Assembly (NCBI GenBank): GCA_030141605.1
Contig: JAQGDQ010001448.1
Span: 1 to 40,540, forward strand
Direction: 5' to 3'
Length of the DNA stretch: 40,540 nucleotides
DNA from: Tubiluchus corallicola
Taxonomy: Eukaryota; Animalia; Priapulida
Shown here piece by piece: positions 36,623-40,540 of the stretch. Within the stretch, counting starts at the first letter, position 1, and every line of letters begins with the position of its first letter. The position numbers and the translations under genes are program-made. The notes under the pieces were generated by a model. That model saw nothing but the letters and a program-made list of their open reading frames with translations, ran no database searches and was not told the DNA's origin.

Positions 36623-36772
36623 ACTGCTACTGCTACTGCTACTGCTACTGCTACTGCTACTGCTACTGCTACTGCTACTGCTACTGCTACTGCTACTGCT
36701 ACTCTACTGCTACTGCTACTGCTACTGCTACTGCTACTCTACTCTACTCTACTACTACTACTGCTGCTACTG

Positions 36773-36841
<69 letters not shown>

Positions 36842-36853
36842 TACTACTACTAT

Positions 36854-36917
<64 letters not shown>
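36520..36917. repeat. Compound trinucleotide microsatellite (GAT)n-(CTG)n-(CTACTG)n-(CTA)n
   Basis: Directly visible; forms the inner end of the palindrome 2 left arm. Confidence 0.97.
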
Positions 36918-36918
<1 letters not shown>

Positions 36919-38234
36919 GCCATAATCAGTTGAGAAACCACGCACTTTGCAGTTTACTCACGAAACAATATCCCTGACTGGAAGTGCCCTGCTAAGTATA
37001 CCAATCAGGTAACAGAGTGGTGCTGTAGGTTTATTGATTTGTCTGTTTTTTCGGAAGTATTTCCTGCTTCTTGTTTTGTACAAACTATCGTCACTAGGAC
37101 ATTTACTTAGTAATTGCTTGTACCAAACGGTACCTCATGAATGCCACCTAGTTAAAAAAGCTTCCTGATTTAGTGAAGTGCTTTGCTGTTAAAAGGGTCA
37201 CGAAAAGCAGACACAGACGCAGTAACTTTCGGACACTCACTCTGTAAACACACCACCTTTCATGCACTCTGTCTCTGTTAAAGCAGGCTTTAAACTGCTT
37301 CAAAGTTTGGCTAATCGGAAAAGGTTATCTCTTGTCAAGGTGTTATGGTTGGAACAGTCAAAACAGAAAAGCGTATACCTGCGGTTCAGTGTATTTTTAC
37401 CAACGCAGTGTACTACAAAACGATCATGGAAGAGAACCGATACAAAAGACCCCAATAACAGTGGTAACAGAAAGACTGTGAGTGCTACTCAGGAATAATC
37501 TTATAGAAATGTATAATGAGCAACCAAAACCTTAACTTCAATACAATGGGGAACTATGAGAACTAATAGATAATGTTGCAGTAGTCTTGCTTTTGGGACC
37601 ATTAAAGATAAGTGTGCTTAGGATCAAATAGGGTTACCAAATTAGAGAAAAATCTTTTTTCAACAGAATTCGTTTCCTCTATTTTACAGGAGATATGTGA
37701 TTGATACTATTATAGCAACACAAAGTGAAAATGAGGAAAACGCTTTATAGACCCTTTATGTATGCATGTTTACCTTTTTAATTCAACATGGACAATACAA
37801 CAAAGAAAAAAATAAAGATAGGCATGTTTTGCAGACTGTTAAGTAGCAGCAAAAATTGTTGGTTGTTGAATAACGATTTTATGGTACGTAGAGGTCTATC
37901 ATGTGAAATCCAATTGTGTAGAGTGACGTATAAAGTGCTCGTGCCAGCCAGTGGTAATAAAAACTTCTGGCGCCTTAGATTTTTATTGTTTTGGTCATTT
38001 GTTTCGTGTGTGAAAACACAAGTTTTGCACGCTTTTGCGTTCCTGACCCCCACTTTCCTTGATGGGATGAAATTAAACGATTTTTTTCAAACAATATTGA
38101 AAAATCGACCTGAGTTTGATGTGTTATTGCACCAGAATAAATCTTTTCTACGCAATGGTCTAGTAAAGTTGGTGGAAACATTTTAGTCAGTTCGAGCTTT
38201 GAAACGATAAAAGATACAGAACAGTACAGCTGCA

Positions 38235-40540
<2,306 letters not shown>

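Larger units (their letters stand above)
34682..36919. repeat. Palindrome 2, left arm (visible part; inverted copy of ~38321-40540)
   Basis: 35779 pairs with 39452, 36450 with 38781, 34682 with 40540. The 248-aa ORFs on opposite strands are identical. Confidence 0.97.

Noticed and set aside
36519-36977. Poly-L/Y/T/S/V ORFs here and at 38243-38846
   Set aside because: Trinucleotide microsatellite translations.
36920-38234. Spacer ORFs (37262-37498, 37788-38186, 37778-38053) as the missing LRR 5' exon
   Set aside because: No signal peptide, LRR pattern or suitable phase-1 donor recognised.

Overview
AT-rich, repeat-rich eukaryotic DNA, most likely from an invertebrate animal. It has spliceosomal introns, microsatellites and LINE/DNA-transposon debris, and no prokaryotic features. 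Two large inverted duplications dominate the window. Palindrome 1 (arms 1-11332 and 12117-23518, ~0.8 kb spacer) puts two intact copies of an intronless, single-pass cadherin-like gene head-to-head. Palindrome 2 (arms 34682-~36919 and ~38321-40540, ~1.4 kb spacer) duplicates an internal exon of a multi-exon LRR gene. Each palindrome runs off a window edge, so the ~25 kb central block (cadherin-like gene plus the 3' part of the LRR gene) is flanked by a fold-back junction on each side, as in an inverted triplication/amplicon. The LRR gene (minus strand, three exons visible) has symmetric phase-1 modular exons, lacks 5' exons in the window, and has its hydrophobic C-terminus rewritten by a 62-bp tandem expansion. 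All alignments were done by eye. An assembly or haplotype artefact cannot be excluded from sequence alone.
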